Assembly (NCBI RefSeq): GCF_963676685.1
Contig: NC_092352.1
Span: 55,676,001 to 55,740,000 of the forward strand
DNA: 64,000 bases
From: Mytilus edulis
Lineage: Eukaryota
Reading direction: 5' to 3'
Under the pieces are notes generated by a model that searched no databases, was not told the origin of the DNA, and saw only the letters and a program-made list of their open reading frames with translations. Made by a program: the position numbers and the translations under genes. The stretch's first letter is position 1; each line of letters opens with the position of its first letter. Below are positions 1-12,500 of this stretch, one piece after another.

Positions 1-1895
1 TAATTTTGCGATCGGCAAATTTTGACAGATCTTTATTTTGTGATCGTCAAATTTTGACAGATGTTTTTTGGCGATTGTCATATTTTGACGGACATTACTC
101 GTTCATTCGTCAGAATTTGACAGAAATTCTTTTGCTATCATTTTAATATGACAGACAGCCATTTTTCTAACAGACTAACAGAAATAAATGGTCAAAACGA
201 TATTCTCATTTGACAAATTTTATTGAACTTCAGGCAATCTAAAAGTAAATGGAATGTGTTCAATAATTAATAATAATTTAAATACCCTGCACAGTTAGAT
301 ACCGTTCAACAGAAACATGGGGAGGGGAACCAGAATTAAATATGCTAAAAAAAAGTATCAAGCCTCAGTGGCAGATCCAGTGGGAGTTGAACCCCTTTGT
401 TTGATGATCAATGCATTTGAATGGGGACATACATGTGGTTTGAATCTCCCCTTTTTTAAATGGCTGGACCCACCCCTGAGTCTTCAAGGCAATTAAGAAT
501 ACTTAAGTAAAATGTTGGGTTCCATAATGCCTAAAAAAAAATAAAGTTTTATTTGCTTGATGGTGAGATGAAACACCACCTTCTACTCATATACAAACAT
601 AAGATGTGGTATGATTGCCAATTAGACAACTCTAGAGCAGAGACCAACAATGGCAACATTCTACACCTGTATATATATATATTTTTAGGTACTTCTTTAA
701 TTGACATGGGGGATCTTGTGAAAGTTAAAGGTAAATCTGCGCAATATAGACTAAAACTGAAAGAAGAAAATCCTCTAAAATATTTAAATTATCTTGAAAA
801 ACAACGCCAAAGAGCCAAAAAAACTAGAGAAAATCTAAAAAAAGAATTGAAGAAAAAACAACCATCTGATGAAGCAAAAAAACAAAAACATCGACAATTA
901 GAACAACAAAGGCAAAGGCAAACTAATTACATTGAAAGAAAGAAATCAGAGAATATAAACTGGAAACCATGGAAAAAAAAGAAAGTTGCAGATACACAAA
1001 CCAGAAATGCAATAAAAAGTCGACAGCAATACAATCGTGATAAAAAAAGATTAGATTGGATACGAAAAAAAGACAGAGAAAGGAAAGCTGTAAAAAGAAA
1101 ACATAAAGGGGAAGATGCTGATTCCAAGATCAATAAAAGAGGTAAGCAAGCTAGTATTAATGCATTCAGTTCAAAACAAACAGAATGGAACGTAACTACA
1201 AAGGTAAGAACTGCATTGCCCAGAACACCAATAAAATTTGCCAAAATTGTAAAGAATTTTGTGCAAAACACCACTCCAAGGGAAGAGGAGATTGATGGAA
1301 AAAATTGGAATCAAAACTAGTAGAATTAGATTGAATGGCATCCCTACAGACCTCAATAGATCTTCAGAGGGCAAAACTGCCCTTTAAACAATTGCTAAGT
1401 CCCTTGTTGATGAAAGCAAACGATTTTTGAGTAGAACATTGAAACTTAATAAAAGAACAGTTACTAGAGTTATTTCAAAGTTGGGGAAAAGAAATGGTAC
1501 CATAGTGGGTAAAGAGCGCAAACAGAACTTTTACAAAAGAGAAGATATCGCAAGGATACTACCTCAAAAAAAAATTTGCTACCAAAGATTGCCCTGGGTA
1601 TGGTATGCAAATTTCCGTGAAAGCAGCTCATTTAAAATACGGTACCTGGCAGAAAATCATGCAAAGCCTGTTAGCCTAAGACCTAAAAATGTACGTATAC
1701 TGTCAACATCAGATACAAACTTTTGGTATTTAGCAGGACTGTGAAAGATTCCAGCAAAAAGAAAACAGGTGAAAAGGATATTTTGGATATACATGTACTT
1801 TTATGCAGCAAATCTGACAACGAGCACTTTCATAAGTTCCAGTGTATTAATGTTGAATGTTCAATATGTAATAACTACAATAGGACACTCCAGCT

Positions 1896-2232
1896 ATGAA
1901 GTTGAAGTCCAATCAACTTGAAACTTAGTACACATGTTCCCCATGATATGATCTTTCTAATTTAAATGCCAAATTATAGTTTTGACCCCAATTTCATGGT
2001 CCACTCAACATAGAAAATGATAGTGTGAAGCTCAGGTTTAAGTTTTTGGTCAAGGTAGTTTTTGATGAAGTTAAAGTTACATCAACTTGAAACTTAATAC
2101 ACATGTTTCCTATGATATGATCTTTCTAATTTTAATTCCAAATTAAAGTTTTGACCCCAATTTCACGGTCCCCTGAACATAGAAAATGATAGAGCGAGTG
2201 GGGCAAACGTGTACTATGGACACATTCTTGTT
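1896..2232 (+). repeat. 3' part of Helentron/HINE-like non-autonomous element (same family as 55828-57005 and 60308-60765)
   Basis: gaagttgaagtccaatcaacttgaaacttagtacacatgttcc units and end gcgagtggggca...ggacacattcttgtt shared with the other copies. Confidence 0.75.
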
Positions 2233-2635
2233 AAGCAAGGGTTCCGGGCAATTATCTGGCAAAAACCATACATCTTTGTATGCTCAGTACTCTGATGAAT
2301 TTGATCCATCCCCAGTCTTAACACCAGCAGTTGAAAGAAGAATATATTGCAAAGAACTCATGGAAATAGTAAAACCTGGCAGATACATGGGGATTTGGCA
2401 GATGTTTTGTTTGGCATCTGTTTTAAAATCAAAAGTCAGATCAGTGTATTCCCTCTATGGTAGTGGAATGGTTCGAGAAGATCTGAACCGCTTCATTTTC
2501 CCAAGAGATATTAGCGTTTGTCTTGAGAATGAAATCTGTATTATGTGGTCTCACATACATGGCTGCAATTTTGATAGAAATTTGTCGAGACCAAATCATT
2601 TTGTGGTAACTCAATTCGGGAAATTGATGTTGTGA
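2233..2635 (+). pseudogene. Vertnin-like (OTU-like cysteine protease fold) C-terminal fragment inside the transposon relic
   Basis: ELMEIVKPGRYMGIWQMFCLASVLKSKVRSVY...DLNRFIFPR...ICIMWSH...RPNHFVV. The first ~47 nt of the ORF-track ORF (2186-2232) belong to an inserted repeat. Confidence 0.55.
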
Positions 2636-3242
2636 TGGACTCTGAGTCAGAATCTGAAGAAAACTGGAATGTTGGAGTGGCTGAAATCCTGGACCATCTG
2701 GAGGATACTGAAGGCAAACCATTGCTTGATATAAGTCTTGAATTCTGAGGTTAGATATACATATTTAACTAGGAAGAAAAACGGATGTAGGGTACATTTT
2801 GTAAACTTCAATGAGACAGCAACCCAACAACAAAACCAAATGGGGCTTTTTATAGAAGATGACTACTGTGGATGCATTATTATTCATGGGATACCAAATT
2901 TTGAGGGTATCTAAGTAAAAAACAAATTTAAATGTTAACCGCGTCACAAACTTTCTATAAGGTTGTATGTAGACTTTTGTTAAACCATGAAATTTGGTAT
3001 CCACGAAAAATAAATGAATCCACAATAACTGAGTATACTGTATGGGGTTTTATCATTGTTGAAGGCTGTACATTGACCTATAATTGCCAATTTTCACTGA
3101 TTTGAACTCTTGTGGATAGTTGTCTCATTGGCTATCATACCCCTATATCTCTTTTTTTAATACGGAGGATACAAATGCATGTCAACACGAGAAACTGTTG
3201 TATTAGAACAAATTTACAAAAAACAGGTACACAAAAGACGAG

Positions 3243-3504
3243 TTTTGTCTATATGTTTACAAAATCATTGATTAATCAGTCTTTATGTTTTGTCTATATG
3301 TTTACAAAATCATTGATTAATCAGTCTTTATGTTTTGTCTATATGTTTACAAAATCATTGATTAATCAGTCTTTATGTTTTGTCTATATGTTTACAAAAT
3401 CATTGATTAATCAGTCTTTATGTTTTGTCTATATGTTTACAAAATCATTGATTAATCAGTCTTTATGTTTTGTCTATATGTTTACAAAATCATTGATTAA
3501 TCAG
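3243..3504. repeat. 45-bp tandem repeat, ~6 near-identical copies
   Basis: Unit ttttgtctatatgtttacaaaatcattgattaatcagtctttatg; explains the 15-aa repeat in ORF 3112-3507. Confidence 0.95.
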
Positions 3505-3527
3505 TAGAGTAGCACATAACTATACAT

Positions 3528-3775
3528 AAAATTGAGAATGGAAATGGGGAATGTGCCAAAGAGACAACAACCCGACCATAGAGCAGACAACAGCAGAAGG
3601 TCACCAACAGGTCTTCAATGCAACGAGAAATTCTCGCACCCGGAGGCACCCTTAAGCTGGCCCCTAAACAAATATATACTGGTTCAGTGATAATGAACAC
3701 CATACTAAACTCCAAATTATACACAAGAAACTAAAAGTTAAAATAATACAAGACTAACAAAGGCTTCTGACTTGG
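3528..3775 (+). repeat. Interspersed SINE-like/short repeat (aaattgagaatggaaatggggaatgtg... family)
   Basis: Same head sequence recurs in degenerate form at ~8134-8200. Confidence 0.55.
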
Positions 3776-5224
3776 GATATTAACTTAACCAATGTTGTAC
3801 ATGTAGCAACCATAGTTCTAATGCTAGCTTTATCTATATATAGCAAATAAGGTGAGATAGTAAGTAAATTGTATATTGCTTCTATGTTACTTCCTGTTTA
3901 GATAATTATAAAACAAGTGACAAATTATATATTGCGTTAATCAATGATATTAATTTATATAAATATAGAGTTATAAATGCAAATGATTTTAGTCAATAAT
4001 TTTTTTTCTTTACAGGTGAAGTTTTTAGAATGGGCCTCAGAAGATCTTTGACTAACTACATGGACAATGAAGAAAACAAATTTCTGTCAATAATTTTTGT
4101 TATAATGATATCATTAAATTGGATTCAATGCAAACTGAGTAGATCTTGTTCTGAATTTTTTTTTAAATATATGTATTATACATGTTATAGGCTAAAAACT
4201 TTTTAGTAACCAGTGATTGTGAGGAAGATTTGACTGTAACATTTAACAAGCTTTTTCAGACCAGTTGCTCTTTTCACAAAAGTTTTACGACTAAAATAGA
4301 TTTTCAGTTATACTGAAAAGTTAACGATTTAGAAGTACTTTTTCAAGTAAGATTTTTTGTGAAATGAGTTGCAAAAACTTCTTTAATACGGTACTTAGCA
4401 AATTAAGTTATTTTATTTCTTGATATAAAGAACAAAAAAATATGTTCCAAAAAAATGGACTTCATCTGAAGCCACCCAATTTTTACAGGGTCTTTGTCTT
4501 TAGTTCTTTAGTATTGAGTGTCAATTGTTTGTTGTTGTATGAGATTGTCTTCCTATTGTTTGGTTGCTAATTGCTTTACGCCTCAGCATAACCTTCTTTT
4601 TGACATTTCGGCTGTGAATTTTATGCTTGCGAATAGCATTTTATACCTCTTTTATGTTAACAAAGAGCATTCCGTAACATATTATGATAGCAAATTTCAA
4701 TCCGTCAACATTTTATGTTATTGAATATTGTTCTGTCAGTACTTTAAGTTAGCAAAAAATATTCCGTCAATATTTTATGTTAGCAACTTTTTGTCCGTCA
4801 AATGCTGACATTAACACTGCATTTGTCAGTCAAAAAATGACATTAGCAATATACAAAAATCAATCTTTTTCTCTTGTACCAAAATCTCTATTTATGATGG
4901 ATTGTTATATAGCTTATCTATAGAAGTAAAAACAACTTTACTCAACTTTAAGCAAAACTATCAGAGTTTAATGGCATAAATGTTCATTTATATTTGTTGC
5001 TAATGTCATAAATTCTGTCAAAATGTCTGTCAAAAATGACTTTAGGAACAATTTTTTTAATTTGTTAAATAAAAGATTATTATTGTGGGAATAAATTTTC
5101 TTTTTGCATATTTTGATAGTGTACCTTATTTTCTACTAATTTGTCAAAAACAAAAGTTAAAAAAGTTAACAAAAAAAAATCATTTTCAAGGTAGTTGTTG
5201 GTGCACTTTTAAATGGAAGATGTC

Positions 5225-5450
5225 AGCACTCTGATCCCGCACTTCAGAAAGATATTATTTATACCTTGCTCATAGCAGTGCCCACACATTTAAAACATAA
5301 AACCTGTAACACTGCTCTGATCCTGCACTTCAGAATTATATTATTTATACCTTGCTCATAGCAGTGCTGACACATTTAAAACATAAAACCTGTTACACTG
5401 ATCTGATCCTGCACTTCAGAAAGATATTATTTATACCTTACTCATATCAT
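5225..5450. repeat. ~87-bp tandem repeat, ~2.6 copies
   Basis: ctgatcc(c/t)gcacttcagaa...ttatttataccttgctcatagcagtg...acatttaaaacataaaacctgt repeated. Confidence 0.85.
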
Positions 5451-6501
5451 TGAAGATTACAATGGATTTATGACAAAATATATGGTCAATTTTCATAATA
5501 TACTGTAAATTGAGAAATTATTGACAGGTTTTATTAATGCAAATAATGCAACTTGATGATTATCATAATACTTGTAATATATATATGAACTTGCATTCTG
5601 ATATCTATTTGTTTTAGTTTTTTGAAATGCCAAATGTATGCTTGCATTTTTGATATAGGTTGACCTTGATAAAAAGTAAAATCACAAAAATACTGAACTC
5701 AGAGGAAAATCAATTCGGAAAGTCCATAATCACATGGCAAAATCAAATAACAAAACGCATCAAAAACGAATGGACAAGAACTGTCAAATAGAAATGATAA
5801 GGTTGTTTAATATATGAATATTAAATGAAAATGTAGAATTCACCATTGAGACATTAAAACCAAAATGAAAATATTGTATGCATATTCAGAACAAGAACAA
5901 ATTTACTATAAATACAAAAGATGGTTCTGTTAGCAATAATATTTAGTTGCTTACAGTAACATATTATTTTCTCTTGCAATACACTATATCATTTTATTTA
6001 TAGCACAGAGTTTATTCAATTTAAAGAATATATACTATAGTGACTAAACATGTCATAAACATAGCAGCATCTACATATATATACGAATGTAACTAATTTA
6101 ATTCGACGTAACTGCGCTCACCTTCAACACTAATACATTTAAATGTCAAACTTTATGTAGTATCATAAAAACCTACTCATAAAAAACAGCCAAAACAATT
6201 CTCGTGCCTTTATATGCACCTAAAATCAAACTTTATAAATATTATGTACTGTTGCAGAACTAGTTAACTAGTTCCCATCTATATATTTTTACTATGAATA
6301 GCAAACAGGAAAGACCCAATTTCAAATGAAATGAAATATATTTATGTATTAAGCTGTGTATCACCTTCACTGGTGATCCAATGGATGGATCTGTAGTTGA
6401 GTTGTCATTAGTTTAGACTTACATATGAATTATATATGTAATTGACTGAAAATTATTGTATTGGTTTTCATATCTCTTCTTCTATTTTTTTTTTCACTTA
6501 G

Positions 6502-9500
6502 AATTTAGTCTGATGAAAAGACCAGCAGTAGAAGGTAAATATAATTATAAAGATATAATTGTTTTACTATTAGCAGAGCTGAATACATTTTAATTATTTT
6601 TCTGATATACTATTCCTCTGAAAAACAAATGCTGCACTTTTCTATTCCTGTTCTAAACAAAAACCATTGTTGAAGAATTAATTATGTTTCTACCAAACTG
6701 TTCTACTTCTGTTTTTCCTAGAAAAACATAGTGTAGGAATTGAGTATTTTTTATACCCCCGCTTTAAAAAAGGGGGGGTATACTGTTTTACCTCTGTCTG
6801 TCAGTCCGTCCGTCCGTCAGTCAGTCTGTCCCATGAAACTTTCGTCACATTTTTCTCAGGAACTACACATCCACCCTTTCTGTAATTTGGTATCAACATT
6901 TATATATGTCAGCCATACCGTGTGATGCGTTTTCAGATTCATCACTTGACAACTTCCTGTTTACCGAACACTTGTCTGATTTTACACATGATAGCCAAGT
7001 TGAAAATTTTCGTCACATTTTTCTCAGGAACTACAATACAAGGATTTCTGAAATTTGGTTTCAGGATTTATATAAGTCAGCTATACCGTGTGATGCGTTT
7101 TCAGATTCATCACTCGACAACTTCCTGTTTACCGAACACTTGTATGATTTTACACATGATAGCCAAGTTGAAAATTTTCGTCACATTTTCTCAGGAACTA
7201 CAATACAAGGATTTCTGAAATTTGGTTTCAGGATTTATATAAGTCAGGTATACCGTGTGATGCTTTTTCAGATTCATCACTCGACAACTTCCTGTTTACC
7301 GAACACTTGTATGATTTTACACATGATAACCAAGTTAAAAATTTTCGTCACATTTTTCTCAGGAACTACAATACAAGGATTTCTGAAATTTGGTTTCAGG
7401 ATTTTTATAAGTCAGCTATACCGTGTGATGCGTTTTCAGATTCATCACTCGACAACTTCCTGTTTACCGAACACTTCCATATTTTTACACTATTAATATT
7501 ATCCACTTGCGGCGGGGGTATCATCAGTGAGCAGTAGCTCGCAGTTTCACTTGTTTGCCATACTTTTCTATTCCTATTCATCACAAAATCAATTGTTGAA
7601 ATATTAATTATGTATCTGTCATACTGTTTTACTCCTGTTCTTCTTAAAATCATTATGCAGGAATCGATTATTTTTTTGCCATACTGTTCTACAAAATGTA
7701 TTCCTATTCTTCACAGAAACAATTGTGGAAGAATTAATAGATCCTTCATAAAAGAAGTTCCAATATAAAAATATTCAGTAATTTTTTACCCATTGAACAA
7801 ATATTACAGTATTTGTTCCTTAGGGAATAAAGGGTATGGAATATTTGTTCCAATAGAAACAGATATTATGACATTGTTTATATACAAAGTTTCCAGGGGA
7901 ACAAATATACGTTGGCACTGCAAGCAAAGACATTTATGGATCAACATACAGATTTCAACAATAAACAAAACTCTATACAATGCATACATTTCAAGCTCTG
8001 TATTGACCAGAAATCATCATATTTGTTGTTTTATCCTTTCTCTAAATTCTTTTTTCCATAGTTACAAATCTTATACAGAAACCAGCAGACATTTTACCAG
8101 AAACTAAAGGTAAATATAACTTTAAAAAAATGAAATTGAGAATGGAAATGGGAAAGTTTCAAAGAGAAAACAACCTGACAAAAGAGCAGTTTACAGCCAA
8201 ACCTTATATAATGTATGGTTATAAAAACAGATCACACACATTTAAAAACATACAAATTGTTGTGTCAGATGATCGTTTCATGCCTTTAAAAAAAAACATT
8301 GTAGAAAATTGATTATTTTCCATTGCACATTGAACATCCTTCAAAATGATATATGACTATGTATTAGATGTCAAAATTCAATAATGTCATCAAATGTCTG
8401 CATTCCTCTGAATTTTCTATTGTGATGTCATGAAAATAGGCCACCATGTCTGGTGATGTCATATTGAAGGAACACAACTTTCTGTAGATCATTCTAATAG
8501 AAGGATTGAAATTGTCTATATTTTGTCATTAGAGAAACAGATTTCACCACCAAATATCATATTACAAATGATGTAGTCGTACAATCTATTTTATACAAAT
8601 ATGCAAGATGTAATTTATACAGCCATTATGCTTATGCTTTCTTTTACTTTTTTTCCTAGTAACAAATGTTATACAGAAAACAGCAGAAGTTTTACCAGAA
8701 ACTAAAGGTAACTATGTCTATAAAAAACTATTTCATGGTTATAATAGAAGATCTCACACATTTAAAAACCTACATTGAACTAATGATTCAACTTTCAGTG
8801 GCCTAGTGTTACCGTTCCACGTCAGTAGAATCTAGAGTTGTAACATGATATATTAGGCATGAAGATGGAATTGATTGCAGGTTTGCTAAATAACTGTCTT
8901 AACCCTTTCCTCCATTGATTTATATTTTTCCATACTTGATTGACATAGGAATTTTTCAATAAAAAAAATCTTCAGGTTTAAAGTATTAATGCATTGTGAA
9001 AACGAATATTTCATCAACGAAATTCCAGTCAGATTTTCTTATGAATATCCTTTTTATATTAGATACAAATTTGATTATGTCCGATAAAGTTTTTTCTTAG
9101 GTAAGACATTTCAACTGAGGCACTACACAGGCATCAAAAGGCGTCCTTATGAAAGACAGGGTTAAAGGACAACTCTGCGATAGATCCATCCTTTGGTATA
9201 ATTTTTTGCAGATTTAACTTTGTTACGTTAATATCAACAGTAATTATGGAAGCTGGCTTGTCATGTTTTGGATTTTTTGACAGATTTTCGGAATCCTCTG
9301 GTTTTATCCATTTGAATGCCTGGAAAAAATTTGCCCGGTGACCCCCATTTTTCTTTCTATAAATCTTTTACATGTATAATGATAAGCAATCTGTAAAAGT
9401 CTTATAAAATTTTAATTACTTTTTAACAGTTTTTGAGAACTTTAACTTGTCAATGATAAAGCTATGAAAAGTCAAGAGAGAATATTTTCCCGCCAAAATT

Positions 9501-12500
9501 TCAATGGCATATATCTCGAAAACAAGCACAGCGACCTATATATTTTTTTTGCTCTTTGGATTCCTTTAATAACCCCCTATCTATATAAACTAGTGTTTTG
9601 AAAAGTTAATTACTTTGAAACTGAGAAGCGAACTCCCTTATGTATATAATATATGTATTTCAGCTGTGTGTCACTTACACTGGTGATCCAATGGATAGAT
9701 CTGTTGTAGAGTTGTCATTTGTTCAGACTTACATATATAAAGTATATATATTGACCAGAAATTATCATATTTGTTTTCATATCTTTTCTTCTATTTTTTT
9801 TTTTATATAGAATTTGGTCTGACGAAAAAACAAGCAATAGCAGGTAAATATAGTTATAAAGATATAATTGTTCTATTTGCAGAGCTGAACACATTTTATT
9901 TTTAAAATGTATCAAAATCATGTTTAGAATGACAGATATGTGTTTCAAATATTTGTTTTTAATAGTTTGGCTTTTTTGAAGGACCTGTATTATTGAAACT
10001 AAAGTATAAATAAGAATGCATAATTTAACATTGAGACAGAAAGCAAGCTTTCAATCATTATGGCAAATATTATGTTCATATTCTGGAAAAAGACAAACAA
10101 TAGTTGGTACTGTTTTGGGGAATTAATGGATCCTTCATAATACAATTTCTGAGTAAAAGAAATATTTTGAAATATTTTTCCATGTAATAAAGTGCATACA
10201 ACATTGTTCCAACAGAAACAGATATTATGACATTGTTTATAATAAATTTTCCAGGGGAAAAATAAATTTTGACACTGCTAGCAAAGACATTTAGATGTCA
10301 AAATTCAGTTCAACAATATACAAAACTCTGTACAATGCATACATTTCGAGCTCTGTATTAACCAGAAATCATTATATGTGTTGTCTTATGGTTTCTTTTA
10401 CTTTTTTTTTATAGTAATATGTCAAATAATGAACACAGCAGAAGATTTATCGAAAACTGGAGGTAAATAATATTTTAAAAAACTACTGTATGAGATCTCA
10501 CACATTTAAAAGTATATAATATGTGGCGATGATCTTTTCATGCTTCTAAAAAAAAACATCGTAGAAAATTGATTGTTTTCCTTCAAACATTGAAGATCCT
10601 TCAAACATTGAAGATCCTTCAAAATGATATATGATTATGTATTAGATGTAAAATGCAATTATGACATCAAATTTTCTTGCATTCCTTTGAATTTTCTATT
10701 GTTAAGTCATGAAAATAGGCCACCATGTCTGATGATGACAAACTGAAGGAACACAATTTTCTGTAGATCATTCTAATAGAAAGATAAAAATTGTCTGTAT
10801 ATTGTCTAAAAATCATTAGTGAAACAGATTCAACCACCAAATATTCTATCACATTTGATGCAAAGAGGGTGCAGCACTTTTAAATGTAAATGTATTTAGA
10901 AAGCAAAAGATTTTGTGCAATTTCGATACCATAATTCATGCACATGATCAAACAAATGATACCAAACTATTTTAATAATTTTTAATTAAGGTTCATTGTG
11001 AAATCATTGAATAATTCTATAGTGTGTATCAATGCTATTTTATAACAAACTCCCTACTATAAAGTATTGTACAAATTATTTATGTGAATTTTAGTCAAAT
11101 TTTGTACAAATTGAAATTTGTACCTAAGCACTTTTTAATCATGATTTGTACAAAATGTTAACTTGTACACAACATATAAAAAAGGACATATGGTATGATT
11201 GCCAATCAGCTAATAAATAGAAGGACCTTAGTTTCTGATGAATTAGAAACACTTTGAAATGAAATATTATCAGAGCTATGCAAAAAATTATTTCATGTTG
11301 TTTTTATATTGTAGGACAAAAGAAATTCGATACATTTGTTGGGGTTCCATTCAAAATAAGAAGTAAGTTCCTTATAAATACAACACAAATTAACTTTAAG
11401 GATATACTTAGGTCAGGTTTAGGAATTTGTGTCAGATGTTCAGACTTATTGTTTTAATGCCCCAACTGGGGATTAAGTTTTACCCTTTTCCATCTGTATG
11501 TACGTCCTAAAATTGGTTTCCAAACCAAATGTTATGAAACTTATACACAATGCTTATTACCACAAAACACAGATCAAGTTGGAATTTTGGTACCGTCAGT
11601 ATAACAGTTTAAGAGTAATGCTTCTCTATAAATTGAAAAATTGCTAAAAATTTAGTTTCTGTTCTCTCACTCAAGTTTGCCTAAATCAAATGTTATGAAA
11701 CTTATACACAATTGCCTATGACCCCAAAACACAGATCAAGTTAGAATTTCGGTAGCATCACTTAAATGGTTCTAGAGTTATGCTCCTTTATAAATGGAAA
11801 AATTGCTAAGTTTTTAGTTTCTGTTCTCAAACTTTAAGTTTGCCTCAACCAATTATTATGAAACTTATGCACAATAACTATACTATTACCACAAAATACA
11901 GATTAATTTGAATTTTACTTGGGGTCACTGTAACCATTTTCGAGTTATGCCCCTTTATAAATGGAAAAAAATAAAAAATGTTTAATTTCCGTTCTCTAAC
12001 ATGTTGCCTCAACCAAATGTTATGAAACTTGTACACAATGCTTATAACCTTAAGTTTGCCTCAGCCAAACATTATGAAACTTATACACATTACTTATGAC
12101 CACAAAACTCAAATCAAGTGCAATATGGGTTTTTGTTCTCAGTAATGTCCCTTTATGATGTTCAGTGTTCTAGCTAGGCCATTTTCAGAGGGCGCAGCGC
12201 CCGCCCTTTCCCAAATGCTGCCCTGTGCCTTTTTTAGTTTCCAGGGCGCCCTGCCTATTTTGAAGATCGATTGTATATTATTTTGTTCTAATTGATAAGA
12301 TCCGCTAATTACTAAATTTAACCTGGCGAAAAGTTTATGACTTTGTTTACGATCCCAAGCTAATCAACGGTTACAACTGATGTCATAATCTGTTGTTAAA
12401 GGTAATCTGTTTATCAGATGGGTCATTAATGATCTTCAACATTAATTCATTCAAATAGAATCAGTCAGTCAGCAGATTATCTGTGAGGAAATATCCATAC

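Larger units (their letters stand above)
1..5208 (+). mobile_element. Degenerate DNA transposon relic (Sola2-like transposase N-terminus plus vertnin-like/OTU-like domain); left end outside window
   Basis: Subterminal TTGAC(A/G)GA motifs repeated at 1-150 and inverted TC(C/T)GTCAA motifs at ~4670-5035. Broken ORFs: 553-1320 (K/R/Q-rich), 1427-1744 (NFYKREDIARILPQKK, resembling the FY..D..SR..PGKK motif of Sola2-type transposases), ~2233-2635 (MGIWQMFCLASVL...IMWS...RPNHFV, vertnin-like). Frameshifts and stops throughout. Superfamily call is from motif recall, not a search. Confidence 0.5.

Noticed and set aside
3112-3507. 131-aa ORF with FVYMFTKSLINQSLC repeats; array superficially CRISPR-like
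   Set aside because: Head-to-tail 45-bp satellite with no spacers; eukaryotic context, no cas genes.
5618-5635. Possible additional 18-nt micro-exon (ttttag|...|gtatg)
   Set aside because: Contains a stop in the phase used by the other micro-exons.
6906-7537. Overlapping repetitive ORFs of 76-196 aa
   Set aside because: Translations of the central tandem repeats of a HINE element.
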